Numbered from the stretch's first letter, positions 1 to 9,340 are shown. The stretch: 58,142 bases of DNA from an uncultured Gammaproteobacteria bacterium (GCA_964355955.1 CAYHFQ010000005.1:1-58142); one strand, 5' to 3'. Notes: generated by a model from the letters alone, not told the origin. Program-made: numbers and translations.

Positions 1-1
1 T

Positions 2-325
2 GCCGTCGGCGACGAAGAACTGAAACAGGCAGTGGCACGGCGCGAGCGCCATGTATGTCCCGATCATGTTGTTTATGGCCTCGGTTCCGCCAATGCGCGC
101 GCACTTCTTCAGCACGACCGACTGCGCCGGATGCGATGGCGACAGCACGTCCATCACCTCGCGCAGATAAGGCACTCGGTCCGTACGCCACGGCCCCGGC
201 TCAGAACTCGCCGACGAGTCGAGCACGCGGTTGGCGTCCGCCCACTCGCTCACCGTCTGCGAGGATGGCGGACGAAGTGCCGCGAGTCGGGCTGCGCGGA
301 TATCGCTGGTGTCGGAGAGCGTCAC
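2..325 (-). CDS. phage terminase large subunit (GpA-like), N-terminal fragment running off the window start
   Basis: Minus-strand translation from GTG at 325 gives VTLSDTSDIRAARLAALRPPSSQTVSEWADANRVLDSSASSEPGPWRTDRVPYLREVMDVLSPSHPAQSVVLKKCARIGGTEAINN. This fits the SEWA / EPGPW / PYLRE-MD / K..Q.G.TE N-terminal pattern of lambda GpA-type terminases. It has no stop inside the window, so it is absent from the ORF track. Confidence 0.55.
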   Translation of the reverse strand, partial: MTLSDTSDIRAARLAALRPPSSQTVSEWADANRVLDSSASSEPGPWRTDRVPYLREVMDVLSPSHPAQSVVLKKCARIGGTEAINNMIGTYMALAPCHCLFQFFVADG

Positions 326-329
326 GACT

Positions 330-665
330 TCAACCCCCCGCGAGCACCGTCAGCGCCCTGTCAATCTCTGCCGCGATAATCTCCCCGCACACCCGCGGCG
401 AGGTCTCGGCGGCCACCCTGTCGCGCAGCCGCATCGGCACATTGCGCAGGCGGTCGCGCACCAGCACGGCGAACTCCGCGGCCTCGCGCGTCACCGCATC
501 ACGGCGGACGAGCTGCCCCTGCAACTCGCGGCGCTCGAGGCGCGCCTTCATCGCCTTCTCTTGCTCGAGGACGGCGCCCCAGTCCTTCGACCCTCCGGCC
601 GGCTTGATCTTGCGGCTGCCTCCGGTGCCGTCGGCGCGCTCTCGCTCGTCGAGGCCGCCCCCGGG
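330..665 (-). CDS. phage terminase small subunit-like protein, C-terminal fragment (N-terminus missing at the GC junction)
   Basis: The 3' part of ORF 330..830(-) reads KDWGAVLEQEKAMKARLERRELQGQLVRRDAVTREAAEFAVLVRDRLRNVPMRLRDRVAAE...IDRALTVLAGG, a Nu1-type small-terminase C-terminal pattern. It sits 4 nt upstream of the GpA-like start. The 5' part of the ORF is antisense to thrS and is not credible. Confidence 0.4.
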   Translation of the reverse strand, partial: PGGGLDERERADGTGGSRKIKPAGGSKDWGAVLEQEKAMKARLERRELQGQLVRRDAVTREAAEFAVLVRDRLRNVPMRLRDRVAAETSPRVCGEIIAAEIDRALTVLAGG

Positions 666-671
666 TTGCGT

Positions 672-878
672 GTGACGCTCGACGACAGCAATGAGAAGCT
701 CGGCAAGAAGATTCGTGGGGCAGCCATGGAGAAGGTACCGTGGACGATTGTGATTGGTGGTAAGGAAGCCGAGGGTGGGGACTTCAAGGTGAAGGTCTTC
801 GGCCAAGAGGCGGACATTATCATCACGCAAGCGAACTTGATTACCGAAGCAGTGGCAGGTGGCGCTTTGCCACGGTAA
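672..878 (+). CDS. thrS: threonyl-tRNA synthetase, C-terminal anticodon-binding fragment only
   Basis: The tail of ORF 231..878(+) reads VTLDDSNEKLGKKIRGAAMEKVPWTIVIGGKEAEGGDFKVKVFG, the class II aaRS (ThrRS-type) anticodon-binding domain pattern. The upstream part of the same frame is GC-rich read-through of phage DNA. Confidence 0.6.
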   Translation: MTLDDSNEKLGKKIRGAAMEKVPWTIVIGGKEAEGGDFKVKVFGQEADIIITQANLITEAVAGGALPR

Positions 879-887
879 GAGGTGAGG

Positions 888-896
888 TGTGGATAA
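888..896 (-). promoter_or_regulatory. perfect DnaA-box 9-mer (TTATCCACA on the minus strand)
   Basis: TGTGGATAA is read directly at 888-896, in the intergenic gap after the thrS stop. Confidence 0.35.
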
Positions 897-943
897 CTAG
901 AAAACAAGTCCCGGACTCTTCTTCTGAGCCTGGGACTTGAATT

Positions 944-1831
944 TTACTTGCCTGTGAATTGACGCTTGAGTTTGGCGAAGAAACCTTCTTCTGTCGGAGC
1001 ATCTGGTGTCCTGGTTAGAGTTTCAGTTTTATCCTTATTAAACCAAGCTATCTCATCTGCACTGATTGCTCCACCGAGCTCTTCATCTTGTTTTTTCTGG
1101 CGATCAGCGGCATGAACATCTCGGATGTTCTCTTCCTTATAACCACGAAATTTGGTGGCTCTAGCTGCCCAGTCTTGATCGGCTGCTGGAACGCGAATGT
1201 CACTTGATGGTTTGGCCTTCTCGTACAGAATAGCTTTTTCCTCGGCTGTCTGTTGATGTCTATTGGAGTCAGCATTAATTTTCTCCATGGTCAGGCCGCG
1301 GTTTTTGCTGGCGGTTTTGTTGGGTTCTTTACCGACTAAATTTTCGAGTTTCTGCAGATTATTGTTGAGAACAACCTCGTAGACTGCACGCATACCGAGC
1401 GGCATTTTGGCATCTTCGCGGAGTTTCGTTTGGATTGTCTCGATGTTACGGTTGGTTATTTCGATAATTTTCTCTTTAGAAATCTCGGTTTCTGTTGGTG
1501 GTCGAGTTCTGACAATTTCAGGGGGCATGTCAACATCTTCTGGACGGGCGGATTGGTCGCGTTCTATTTTAACGGCGCCAGTTTTTTCGCCGTGAGCGAC
1601 CATGGTGTGTTCGAGATCTGCGGCAGGGTTTACTTGGCCGAATTCGAGGCTTTGCGGGCCGGTCGGAACTTTATCGTAACTAAGCATTTCCTCGGCCTGT
1701 TCGTCGGCAGAAAGTTCTTTGACTTGAAAATGTTCGGTGATTTCATCTGGTAAGACTGGTGCGCGATCAACCTTAAAATTTTGACCAGAGGGCTCAGAAA
1801 AGGGTGAAAAGTTGGGATTGCGGCGAGGCAT
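944..1831 (-). CDS. hypothetical protein (295 aa, K/E-rich, no TM segment)
   Basis: Long ORF with no recognisable motif. Its start lies 4 nt after the stop of ORF 1835..2107, which suggests an operon. Confidence 0.65.
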   Translation of the reverse strand: MPRRNPNFSPFSEPSGQNFKVDRAPVLPDEITEHFQVKELSADEQAEEMLSYDKVPTGPQSLEFGQVNPAADLEHTMVAHGEKTGAVKIERDQSARPEDVDMPPEIVRTRPPTETEISKEKIIEITNRNIETIQTKLREDAKMPLGMRAVYEVVLNNNLQKLENLVGKEPNKTASKNRGLTMEKINADSNRHQQTAEEKAILYEKAKPSSDIRVPAADQDWAARATKFRGYKEENIRDVHAADRQKKQDEELGGAISADEIAWFNKDKTETLTRTPDAPTEEGFFAKLKRQFTGK

Positions 1832-1834
1832 AGG

Positions 1835-2107
1835 CTAGAGTTGAGAGAGCTTTTGTCTGGCGTCGGCGAGGAGGTCTAGGGTGTGTTGTTTTTCAGCTGG
1901 AGTGCCAAGGCCATGCTCGATAATGCCGGTGAGCTCGAGGACGCGTTGTTCGAGACTTTCCTGGTCGTCAAAGTGCGGTTGGGGTGCTGCGTCGCCGGAT
2001 TGGTTGGAGGTAGAGGCTTCTTGGGAAGAGGCAAGATAACCTGAGGCAAAGGCCATTTCAGGGAACAAATTGTGGTTTTCTGCAGCTTCTGAAGAAGTTT
2101 TAGGCAT
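1835..2107 (-). CDS. hypothetical protein (90 aa)
   Basis: ORF immediately upstream of, and co-oriented with, 944..1831. Confidence 0.5.
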   Translation of the reverse strand: MPKTSSEAAENHNLFPEMAFASGYLASSQEASTSNQSGDAAPQPHFDDQESLEQRVLELTGIIEHGLGTPAEKQHTLDLLADARQKLSQL

Positions 2108-2187
2108 ATAATATATTGCTTCAAGTATAACATAAACTTGACATTTTCGGTTTTTTTGGCTACGGTTAGTGCACCAAAGGAGGCTAC

Positions 2188-2736
2188 ATGGACAACTTTA
2201 CGAACGAGAGAAACCCAAGACGATGTTGCGCTGGGAAGCCGACGGGACGCCTAGTGGCGCTCGACGGAGGCCGCGAGATGATGCCATACGAATTGTACCG
2301 CTTGCTGTACCTGCCGGCGCTCGACATTTTCCTCAAGGAAGCTGCTGAGCGCGCCTGGTGGATGGCGGCGAAACAGAAGACGGTACTCGAGCCTTGGCTC
2401 TTCGCTGTGGCGGTTGAGTGCTTGCATCAAGCGTTGGTGCGACGTCAACAGGTGACGGACCCGAGTCAGTCACGTTTGGCTGACGTGAACGCACTGCAGT
2501 GCAACTACTCGAACCTCGACTCCCTGACCAAGAACTACCCGCTTCTGCACGCCGAACTGCAGAATGACGAGAAGCAACTGCATGAGGTTTTGCGTGAGTC
2601 GTGTGGCTCGGTCGCCGATTCCCAGCAGTACCGACTGGCAGTGGTGCTGTTCCGGATGGGCTGGTTGGCCATGACGGACAACTTCGCCATCACGAGCTTG
2701 CTCGAGCTTGGCCATCGTCGGGCCAGGACAGGATGA
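2188..2736 (+). CDS. hypothetical protein (182 aa)
   Basis: ORF preceded by AGGAGG (2177-2182) and a TTGACA-N17-TACGGT promoter-like sequence (2138-2166). More GC-rich than its neighbours. Confidence 0.6.
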   Translation: MDNFTNERNPRRCCAGKPTGRLVALDGGREMMPYELYRLLYLPALDIFLKEAAERAWWMAAKQKTVLEPWLFAVAVECLHQALVRRQQVTDPSQSRLADVNALQCNYSNLDSLTKNYPLLHAELQNDEKQLHEVLRESCGSVADSQQYRLAVVLFRMGWLAMTDNFAITSLLELGHRRARTG

Positions 2737-2818
2737 GTCAACAATCTTTCGCTCACGGTCTCGTTGACTCGAGACCGTGTTGCCTTTTATAGGGGTTTTA
2801 CTTATGATGCCAGCAAGT

Positions 2819-3778
2819 ATGAACAAGATTAAAGTCATTGCCGTAGTTGGGCCAACAGCGTCGGGTAAAACTGACGTTGGAGTGAGGCTAGCACAAGCCC
2901 TGGACGGGGAAGTTATTTGCGTTGATTCGCGGACGGTTTATAAGGGGATGGATATTGGGACGGCAAAGGTCATCGGCCCAGTAGCAGACAGTCGGACTGT
3001 CGCTACGGGCTTGGTGATAGCGGATTTGTTTGCGCCGCGAGCGTTGATGGTAGAAGAAGTGCCGCATTGGGGGATTGATTTGGTACAGCCCGATGAAGCT
3101 TTTACGGCCGCGGATTTTGTGGAGTATGCTAAGAATAAAATCGCCGATATTAATCGACGCGGAAAATTGCCGATATTGGTTGGTGGCACGGGGTTGTATT
3201 TTAGAGCCTTGCTTGATGGATTGACGTTGACGGATGTAGATGCAGATCCAGCTTTACGAATTGAATTGGAAGCGAAAAGTACAGAAGATTTGCTCGAACT
3301 TTTGGGCGAGCATGACCCAGAAGCGGCGAGTACGATTGATGAGAAAAACCGGCGGAGGATTGTGCGGGCGCTGGAGATTGTTATGACGACTGGCACGACA
3401 TTGAAGAGCCAGCAGAAGACAGTGGAAACGCCGTACGATGTTTTGTATCTTGGCATGGAGGTAGAGCGTGATGTCTTGTTCGAGCGAATTAATGCTCGAG
3501 TTGATGTGATGATTGGTTCTGGGCTGATTGATGAAGCGAGGGGTTTGCTGGAAAAATATGGCGCTGAGAGTCAGGCGATGAGCGGTATTGGATACCGACA
3601 ACTGGCGCGATTTTTTGCGGGGACGTTGCCGCTGCGTGAAGCGATTGAGAGGATTAAGATAGATTCCCGTCATTACGCAAAACGACAGCTGACCTGGTTT
3701 AAAGCAGATCAGCGTGTCGTTTGGGTCAAGTCGATTATTGAGGCTTTGACTGAGGCCAAGAAGTGGCTCGGAGTATAG
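2819..3778 (+). CDS. miaA: tRNA dimethylallyltransferase
   Basis: VIAVVGPTASGKT P-loop, DSRTVYKGMDIGTAK, and a YAKRQLTWF C-terminal motif. The start is taken at MNKIKV (2819) rather than at the ORF-track start. Confidence 0.9.
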   Translation: MNKIKVIAVVGPTASGKTDVGVRLAQALDGEVICVDSRTVYKGMDIGTAKVIGPVADSRTVATGLVIADLFAPRALMVEEVPHWGIDLVQPDEAFTAADFVEYAKNKIADINRRGKLPILVGGTGLYFRALLDGLTLTDVDADPALRIELEAKSTEDLLELLGEHDPEAASTIDEKNRRRIVRALEIVMTTGTTLKSQQKTVETPYDVLYLGMEVERDVLFERINARVDVMIGSGLIDEARGLLEKYGAESQAMSGIGYRQLARFFAGTLPLREAIERIKIDSRHYAKRQLTWFKADQRVVWVKSIIEALTEAKKWLGV

Positions 3779-3779
3779 C

Positions 3780-5252
3780 TTAGGCTAGGGCGTCGAGAAT
3801 TGTTTGGGTGGCGAGGTCGGGATCTGCATTGCCTTTGGTGGCGCGCATGAGTTGGCCCAGGAAAAACTGGAGAAGTTTAGTTTCGCCGTTTTTGTAGCGA
3901 ATTACTTCGTTGGGATTTTTGGTGATGATGTCATTTACCATCTCTTGCAAGGCGGCACCGCTATCGATTTTGACTGCGCCTAAACTCTTCATGGTGTGGG
4001 CAGCACTCCAGCCGTTGTCGAGCATGGCGCCGAGAACTTCGAGACCTTTGGCAGCAGTGAGCTGGCCACCAGCGATGAAGCTTAAGAATTCGGCAAAGTA
4101 AGCTGGAGTTATTTTGGCGTCAGCGATTTCTATTTTACGATCCGTGAGGAGCGCGGTGAGTTTAGTTAGGAGCCAGCCGGCAAGAACTTTGGTGAGCTTA
4201 GGGCTGGGCTCGAGGTCGACTATGAGTTCTGAGTAGGTTTGTTCGGCAAAGTTGGCGAGAGCTGGACTTTCTACTAGCTGACGGGCGTCGTCGGCCTTGA
4301 ATCCGAATTCGCTGATAAAGCGCGCGCGTTTGGCGGCGGGGAGTTCGGGCATGAGGCGACGCATCTCGGCGGCCAAGTCGGCGAGCTCTAGCGGGGGAAC
4401 ATCTGGTTCTGGGAAGAAGCGATAATCGGCTGCGTCTTCCTTAACACGCTGTTCTTCGGTCACGCCAGCGACGTCGTTCCAGCCGCGAGTAGTAGTTTTG
4501 AGAGGTGGCGTGCCAGCGGCCCAGAGTTCCGTTTGACGAGTAATTTCGTAAGCAATGGCCCGTTCGACAGCGCGGAAAGAGTTGAGGTTTTTAAGTTCAG
4601 TTTTGGTGTTGAGTGGGCCGATGAAGTTATTGTTATCGTCGACCTCACGCAAAGAAATGTTGACGTCACAACGAAGCTGGCCCTTCTCCATGTCGCCGTC
4701 ACTGACGCCGAGGGTGCGAACGAGCAGGCGGAGTTCGTAGAGATAGGCCTTGGCTTCCGCGGCTGAATGGATATCTGGCTTGGTGACAATTTCGCAGAGA
4801 GCTGCGCCGCCGCGATTGAAGTCGACGTAAGTTTTGCCGTCAGCACCGTGAATGTTTTTGCCAGCGTCTTCTTCCAAGTGCATGCGTTCGAGGCCAATGC
4901 GGACGAGGTTTGGCACGCCAACGACTTCGAGGTCGAGGTAACCTTCGCGCATGACGGGGAGGTCGAACTGGGAGATTTGGTAAGCTTTAGGGAGATCAGG
5001 GTAAAAGTAATGTTTGCGGTCAAATTTGCTGTGGGCGGTGATGTTGCCATTTAAGGCGAGGCCGAGGAGAACGGCAAAACGAATGGCCTGTTCATTTGGG
5101 ACAGGTAAAGTGCCAGGGTGAGCTAGGCAGATAGGGCAAACGTTGCTGTTGGGTGTTTTGTTAGTAATGTCTGTGGAACAGCCACAAAAAAGCTTAGTTT
5201 TGGTACTAAGCTGAACGTGAGTCTCTAAGCCAATGACAGGAAGGAACTTCAT
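3780..5252 (-). CDS. gatB: Asp/Glu-tRNA(Asn/Gln) amidotransferase subunit B
   Basis: N-terminus VIGLETHVQLSTKTKLFCGCS, a GatB-length protein of 490 aa, and a C-terminal YqeY-like tail. Confidence 0.9.
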   Translation of the reverse strand: MKFLPVIGLETHVQLSTKTKLFCGCSTDITNKTPNSNVCPICLAHPGTLPVPNEQAIRFAVLLGLALNGNITAHSKFDRKHYFYPDLPKAYQISQFDLPVMREGYLDLEVVGVPNLVRIGLERMHLEEDAGKNIHGADGKTYVDFNRGGAALCEIVTKPDIHSAAEAKAYLYELRLLVRTLGVSDGDMEKGQLRCDVNISLREVDDNNNFIGPLNTKTELKNLNSFRAVERAIAYEITRQTELWAAGTPPLKTTTRGWNDVAGVTEEQRVKEDAADYRFFPEPDVPPLELADLAAEMRRLMPELPAAKRARFISEFGFKADDARQLVESPALANFAEQTYSELIVDLEPSPKLTKVLAGWLLTKLTALLTDRKIEIADAKITPAYFAEFLSFIAGGQLTAAKGLEVLGAMLDNGWSAAHTMKSLGAVKIDSGAALQEMVNDIITKNPNEVIRYKNGETKLLQFFLGQLMRATKGNADPDLATQTILDALA

Positions 5253-5264
5253 ACGATGGTCACT

Positions 5265-6032
5265 TTACTCGACTTTTAAGGCCTGGTAAAGGAGGGTTGT
5301 ATAGACGACGATGAGGGGGATGACAACAAGTTCGAGAAGGTTCATGAGGGTGTCGGCGGCAAGCGGCGGCGTCCACTCGCCAAAGGAAGCGCTAGGTTGG
5401 AACCCGAAAGCAACTAGGATAAGGCCGGCGATGATTAAATAGGTGATGAGAATGAGGAGCTCGAAGCTCCAGAAACGGAGAGCGGTGCTCCAGAAGCGTC
5501 CGCGAATTAAATTACGGCTACGTTGCAAGGCGGCGAGGCCGCGGGTATTTTCGAAGAGTATGGTGAGCGGAGCGAAGGCGAACCAGGTGGCGAAAATAAG
5601 ACCTGGAATTATAAGAGCGTAGCCGACTAAACTGATGAGACTGGAGAGAATGATGACCCAGAGGACGGTAGTGATATTTTTTTGGGCGTGGCTGGTCGCG
5701 GTGGTACTGGCCGCTAAGCGTTCGCTGTCGCTAGTATATTTGGTTTGCCAAACAGGGACGTGTAAGGCGATGGTGTTGTAGAGATTGATGGCTATAAGAA
5801 TAAAGGCGACGCTGGCAATGAGATCGAGGAAAGACCCAAGATCAGACAAACCAAGCGTCGTACGAATGATGATGTGAGCGGTGATTGGTAGCAAAAGCCA
5901 GCCCGTATAACCGAGAATTGTGCCGAAGTTTTGACGGATTAAGACGAGGCTGCTGCGGAAAAGTGAGAAAAAACTAGGAAGCGTTGGGTTTGTAGGTGTC
6001 GACGAGGCTTTGGAAGACATAATAGTTAGCAA
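5265..6032 (-). CDS. multi-pass membrane protein (paralog of 5974..6885)
   Basis: Several hydrophobic segments. It shares the SRNLIRGRFW / YSLVRGRWW motif with the neighbouring gene. Confidence 0.7.
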   Translation of the reverse strand: MLTIMSSKASSTPTNPTLPSFFSLFRSSLVLIRQNFGTILGYTGWLLLPITAHIIIRTTLGLSDLGSFLDLIASVAFILIAINLYNTIALHVPVWQTKYTSDSERLAASTTATSHAQKNITTVLWVIILSSLISLVGYALIIPGLIFATWFAFAPLTILFENTRGLAALQRSRNLIRGRFWSTALRFWSFELLILITYLIIAGLILVAFGFQPSASFGEWTPPLAADTLMNLLELVVIPLIVVYTTLLYQALKVE

Positions 6033-6885
6033 TCACTAAGAAGGGAATGGTTAGAGCGACGAGAGCGACGTCGGCGAGGTGGCTTATGATATAGAGAGGA
6101 ATTAGCATATCGGATGATCCAATAGCTAGTAACTTTAAGAGGAAATGAATGATTTTTGTGGCTACTGGAACGATGATGGCAATGCTGAGATTAGGTAGAA
6201 TGATACGAGCGAGGACGGCCCACCAACGACCACGGACTAAGCTGTAAGTTCGGTAGAAAGATTTTTTTATGTTGATATTTTCTAGCAACAATGCGTACGG
6301 AGTGGAGAGTGTTAGAACCCAGATCCAGGTGCAGTAAACGAGAGCAGCAACTAAGCCTACAATAGTAAAAAGAATGCCAGCTAAGAGACTTAAGAAACTG
6401 TTACTTTGCATGGAGATGGAGAGGAGGAAAAGGGTTGTGGCTGGAATGAGGCAGACGATGGCTCCACCTATGAGAACTAAGACAATAAGTATTTTGACTG
6501 CCAGAAAAGGTAAGAATTTCCGCCAGGCCAAACGAGTAATAGTTTCAGTTTTATTCTTTTTAGCTTGAGCCTGAGCTTCAACGGAGAGAATCAAAGCGTC
6601 GCTAGCCCAAAGTACAGCAATGATTGAGACTAGGGTGCTGAGCACTGTGCAGATTGCGCTAAGTATTAAACGAGTGCTGTCTGTAGCTGAGTAGAGGACA
6701 GTGGCGGCAATAAAAAATGGAGTACCGGTGAAGATGTAGAGTGAGACACCGAGCAGCTGTTTGAAGTACTTTTGGTAGTGGTGGAAGGTTTGGTCGACGA
6801 CTTGTCCGACGCTAATCAATGAGGCCATAGAGGATAATATATTTGAGGGTAGTATAGCAGGCTTAGCCGGTTGACCCAAATCCAC
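5974..6885 (-). CDS. multi-pass membrane protein (paralog of 5265..6032)
   Basis: 303-aa hydrophobic ORF with the same R-G-R-W-W motif and architecture as the downstream gene. Confidence 0.7.
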   Translation of the reverse strand: MDLGQPAKPAILPSNILSSMASLISVGQVVDQTFHHYQKYFKQLLGVSLYIFTGTPFFIAATVLYSATDSTRLILSAICTVLSTLVSIIAVLWASDALILSVEAQAQAKKNKTETITRLAWRKFLPFLAVKILIVLVLIGGAIVCLIPATTLFLLSISMQSNSFLSLLAGILFTIVGLVAALVYCTWIWVLTLSTPYALLLENINIKKSFYRTYSLVRGRWWAVLARIILPNLSIAIIVPVATKIIHFLLKLLAIGSSDMLIPLYIISHLADVALVALTIPFLVIANYYVFQSLVDTYKPNAS

Positions 6886-7306
6886 CGCGATCGGGGGCGG
6901 AAACGTCGCCTGTGAGTTCAGTGAAGGTGACGGCGGGGACGGGGAGAACTAGGCCTTGGGCAACGCGATCGCCAGCCTGGAGGTGGACTGGGGCGTCAGT
7001 GATGTTTTCGATGATGAGGCCGATGACGTCAGATGGGCCGCAATAATCGGAGTCGATGATGCCGACGCCGTTGGCTAAGGCAATACCTTTTTTGAGGGAG
7101 TTAGAACTGCGGGAGGTGATGAGGAGGAAGTAACCGGTGGGGACTTGGATGATGAGACCGGTGGAGGTTTTAGCGAAGCTGCGTGGGGGGATGGTGAGGT
7201 CTTCGATTAAAGCAAGGTCGAAGCCGGCAGCGCCAGTGGTTTGGAAGGTGGGGGTGAGCGCAGCGGGGTTAGTTTTCTTGAAGGAGATTTGGAGTTGGGA
7301 ATTCAT
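6863..7306 (-). CDS. dut: dUTP diphosphatase
   Basis: dUTPase motifs GAAGFDL, SRSS, GIIDSDYCG, GDRVAQ and a C-terminal RGGFGSTG. The start is set at MNSQLQ (7306). Confidence 0.9.
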   Translation of the reverse strand: MNSQLQISFKKTNPAALTPTFQTTGAAGFDLALIEDLTIPPRSFAKTSTGLIIQVPTGYFLLITSRSSNSLKKGIALANGVGIIDSDYCGPSDVIGLIIENITDAPVHLQAGDRVAQGLVLPVPAVTFTELTGDVSAPDRGGFGSTG

Positions 7307-7346
7307 AGTGTGGAAAGTATAGCACCAATTATTGGGAGAATGTTTC

Positions 7347-7355
7347 TTATCCACA
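7347..7355 (+). promoter_or_regulatory. perfect DnaA-box 9-mer TTATCCACA
   Basis: Read directly in the divergent dut / thyX intergenic region. Confidence 0.35.
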
Positions 7356-7422
7356 CCCGTTCGTTGACCAGACGAGGCCAGCGTGTAAGATAGCTACAGG
7401 TTGAGTTAAGTGTAAAAAAGTT

Positions 7423-9255
7423 ATGTCGCAAACAAGCGCAAAATTTCGTAAGGTTGATCAAGCTGATCGGCAGGCGACGTTTGCGGTTGAAGCGCCCGAT
7501 GGCACGAGCACAACGCAGGTCGCGTATGGCGATGGCGTGGCTTTGCCGTATCGGTCGTTTGTGAGTGATACAGCTTTTGCGCTGGCCCGACCGTACCTAG
7601 TATCGCCGGAAAGCACAGTGACTGCACTCGATATGAAACGACTCCACGGAGTGGCGGGTGCCATGCTTGCTCGCCAAAGCCGGATTCAGGGCACGGTTGT
7701 AGATGTACTCATGAATGAGTTTCTAATTACCACGCCCGAGGAGTCGTTGGCGCTGAATTCCCCCGTCGGCGAACTGAAGACGCAGAAGCTCAATGAAATC
7801 ATTGAGCGTATCCTGATTCAGTACGGTGACGATTCAGTGCAGGAACTTGAGTGGGCCACTGTGCTTTTTAATTCGGTTAGCAATTTAGCGACGAAGGTTA
7901 TTGAGGATCGCAGACTCGGCGGCTTCATTGAGCAATCTAGCCGTTACGTCTATTACACAGAACGCGACCCGGTAACTGGGCGATGGTGGTACTTACGTGA
8001 GGCTGCGATTATGAAGTCGCCGCAAGCTGGGAGTTACGTTATTTTGATGGATAAGGCGTTTGATTTGTATAGCCGGTTGGTCGACGCTTTGACTGAGTAT
8101 TATCAGCAGATTAAGCCGGTCGAGACGGCGGAGTATGCTATTCGACCAGGTGATTCGGCGAAGTTGAAGCTGGTTGATTTGACGGACGAAAAAGAAATTA
8201 AAGAATTTAAGCGCGTTTATAAATTTGATTTGAAGACTAAAGCGTGTGACGTGGCGCGCGTGGTGTTGCCAGCTTCCACCTTGACCAATGTGGCGATGGT
8301 GGCGAACGGCCGGACTTTTGAGCACTTGCTGAAGCGAATGTATTCTTCGGGCAGTAGTGAGTTTCATGATATCGCACAGCGTTTGCATGGCACATTGAAT
8401 AAAGTAATTCCGAAGTACGTTAAGCGGGCGGATCCAGCTGGTGAGAAGTACACCATGGGCGTGGACGACAGGACGCGGCAGCAGATTGCTCGTGAGTTCC
8501 CACAGTTTTTGCAGTTTGAGAAGTCGACGGCGGAAGTGACGTGGGAGGAATTGCCGGACATTATTGCTGATAATGTAGAGCCGATTGCGCACACCTTGGC
8601 GGCAACGTACTTCCCGTTTACGCGAGCGACGTACCGCAGCATGGTGCAGGCGTTGACTGCATTGTCGAAAGACAAGTTGATTGGGTTGATTAAGGAGATC
8701 GTTGGTACGCGGGCAACGCGTCGTGATCGGATTGGTCGCGGACTGGAATTGGGTTACCCGATTACGTTTGAGATTACTGGTAACTTCGGAATCTTCCGTG
8801 ACTTGCACCGGCACCGCATTATGACGCAACAACGTCAGCTGCTTAACCCGCATCTTGGTTTCACTGTGCCTACGGATATCGAAGCGATTGGTTTGGGTGG
8901 GGAGGTGCGCGGTCTCGTCGACGAAATTGGAACGCTCTATGATCAGCTGGTCGTATCAGTCGGGCCGGAAGTGGCGCAGTATTGTGTGACGTTTGGTCAT
9001 CACATTCGGTTTACGATGGGCTTTAACTTGCGCCAAGCGCAGCATTTCTTGGAGATTCGGACGGTGCCGCAAGGACACCCAGATTATCGCCGCGTGTGCC
9101 AGACGATGGAAAAGATTATTACGGCCAAGGCGCCGTGGCTGAAGGAGGCTGGTTTGATGGGTTTTGTTGATCACAATGATTATCCGTGGAGCAGGGCGGA
9201 CGCCGAGGCTAGGCAGTCGCAGAAGAGGATCGAGAAGGGTTTGACTGATGAATAA
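7423..9255 (+). CDS. thyX: FAD-dependent thymidylate synthase, fused tandem (double-length) ThyX
   Basis: The C-terminal half carries FRDLHRHRIMTQQ (RHR motif) and LRQAQHFLEIR. The N-terminal half carries YGDDSVQELE...EDRRLGGFIEQSSRY, a degenerate ThyX motif. At 610 aa it is roughly twice the length of canonical ThyX. Confidence 0.8.
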   Translation: MSQTSAKFRKVDQADRQATFAVEAPDGTSTTQVAYGDGVALPYRSFVSDTAFALARPYLVSPESTVTALDMKRLHGVAGAMLARQSRIQGTVVDVLMNEFLITTPEESLALNSPVGELKTQKLNEIIERILIQYGDDSVQELEWATVLFNSVSNLATKVIEDRRLGGFIEQSSRYVYYTERDPVTGRWWYLREAAIMKSPQAGSYVILMDKAFDLYSRLVDALTEYYQQIKPVETAEYAIRPGDSAKLKLVDLTDEKEIKEFKRVYKFDLKTKACDVARVVLPASTLTNVAMVANGRTFEHLLKRMYSSGSSEFHDIAQRLHGTLNKVIPKYVKRADPAGEKYTMGVDDRTRQQIAREFPQFLQFEKSTAEVTWEELPDIIADNVEPIAHTLAATYFPFTRATYRSMVQALTALSKDKLIGLIKEIVGTRATRRDRIGRGLELGYPITFEITGNFGIFRDLHRHRIMTQQRQLLNPHLGFTVPTDIEAIGLGGEVRGLVDEIGTLYDQLVVSVGPEVAQYCVTFGHHIRFTMGFNLRQAQHFLEIRTVPQGHPDYRRVCQTMEKIITAKAPWLKEAGLMGFVDHNDYPWSRADAEARQSQKRIEKGLTDE

Positions 9256-9340
9256 AAAATAATAGACGCGCTGCGTAGACCAGGTGATTAAGCGATCATA
9301 TGGTTCTCGGGGCCCATCTATAACACCCCCGGAGTAAGCC

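Noticed and set aside
231-878. 215-aa plus-strand ORF spanning the start of the window
   Set aside because: It is a read-through of GC-rich phage DNA (antisense to the terminase genes) into the genuine thrS C-terminal frame. Only the last ~68 codons look like a real protein.
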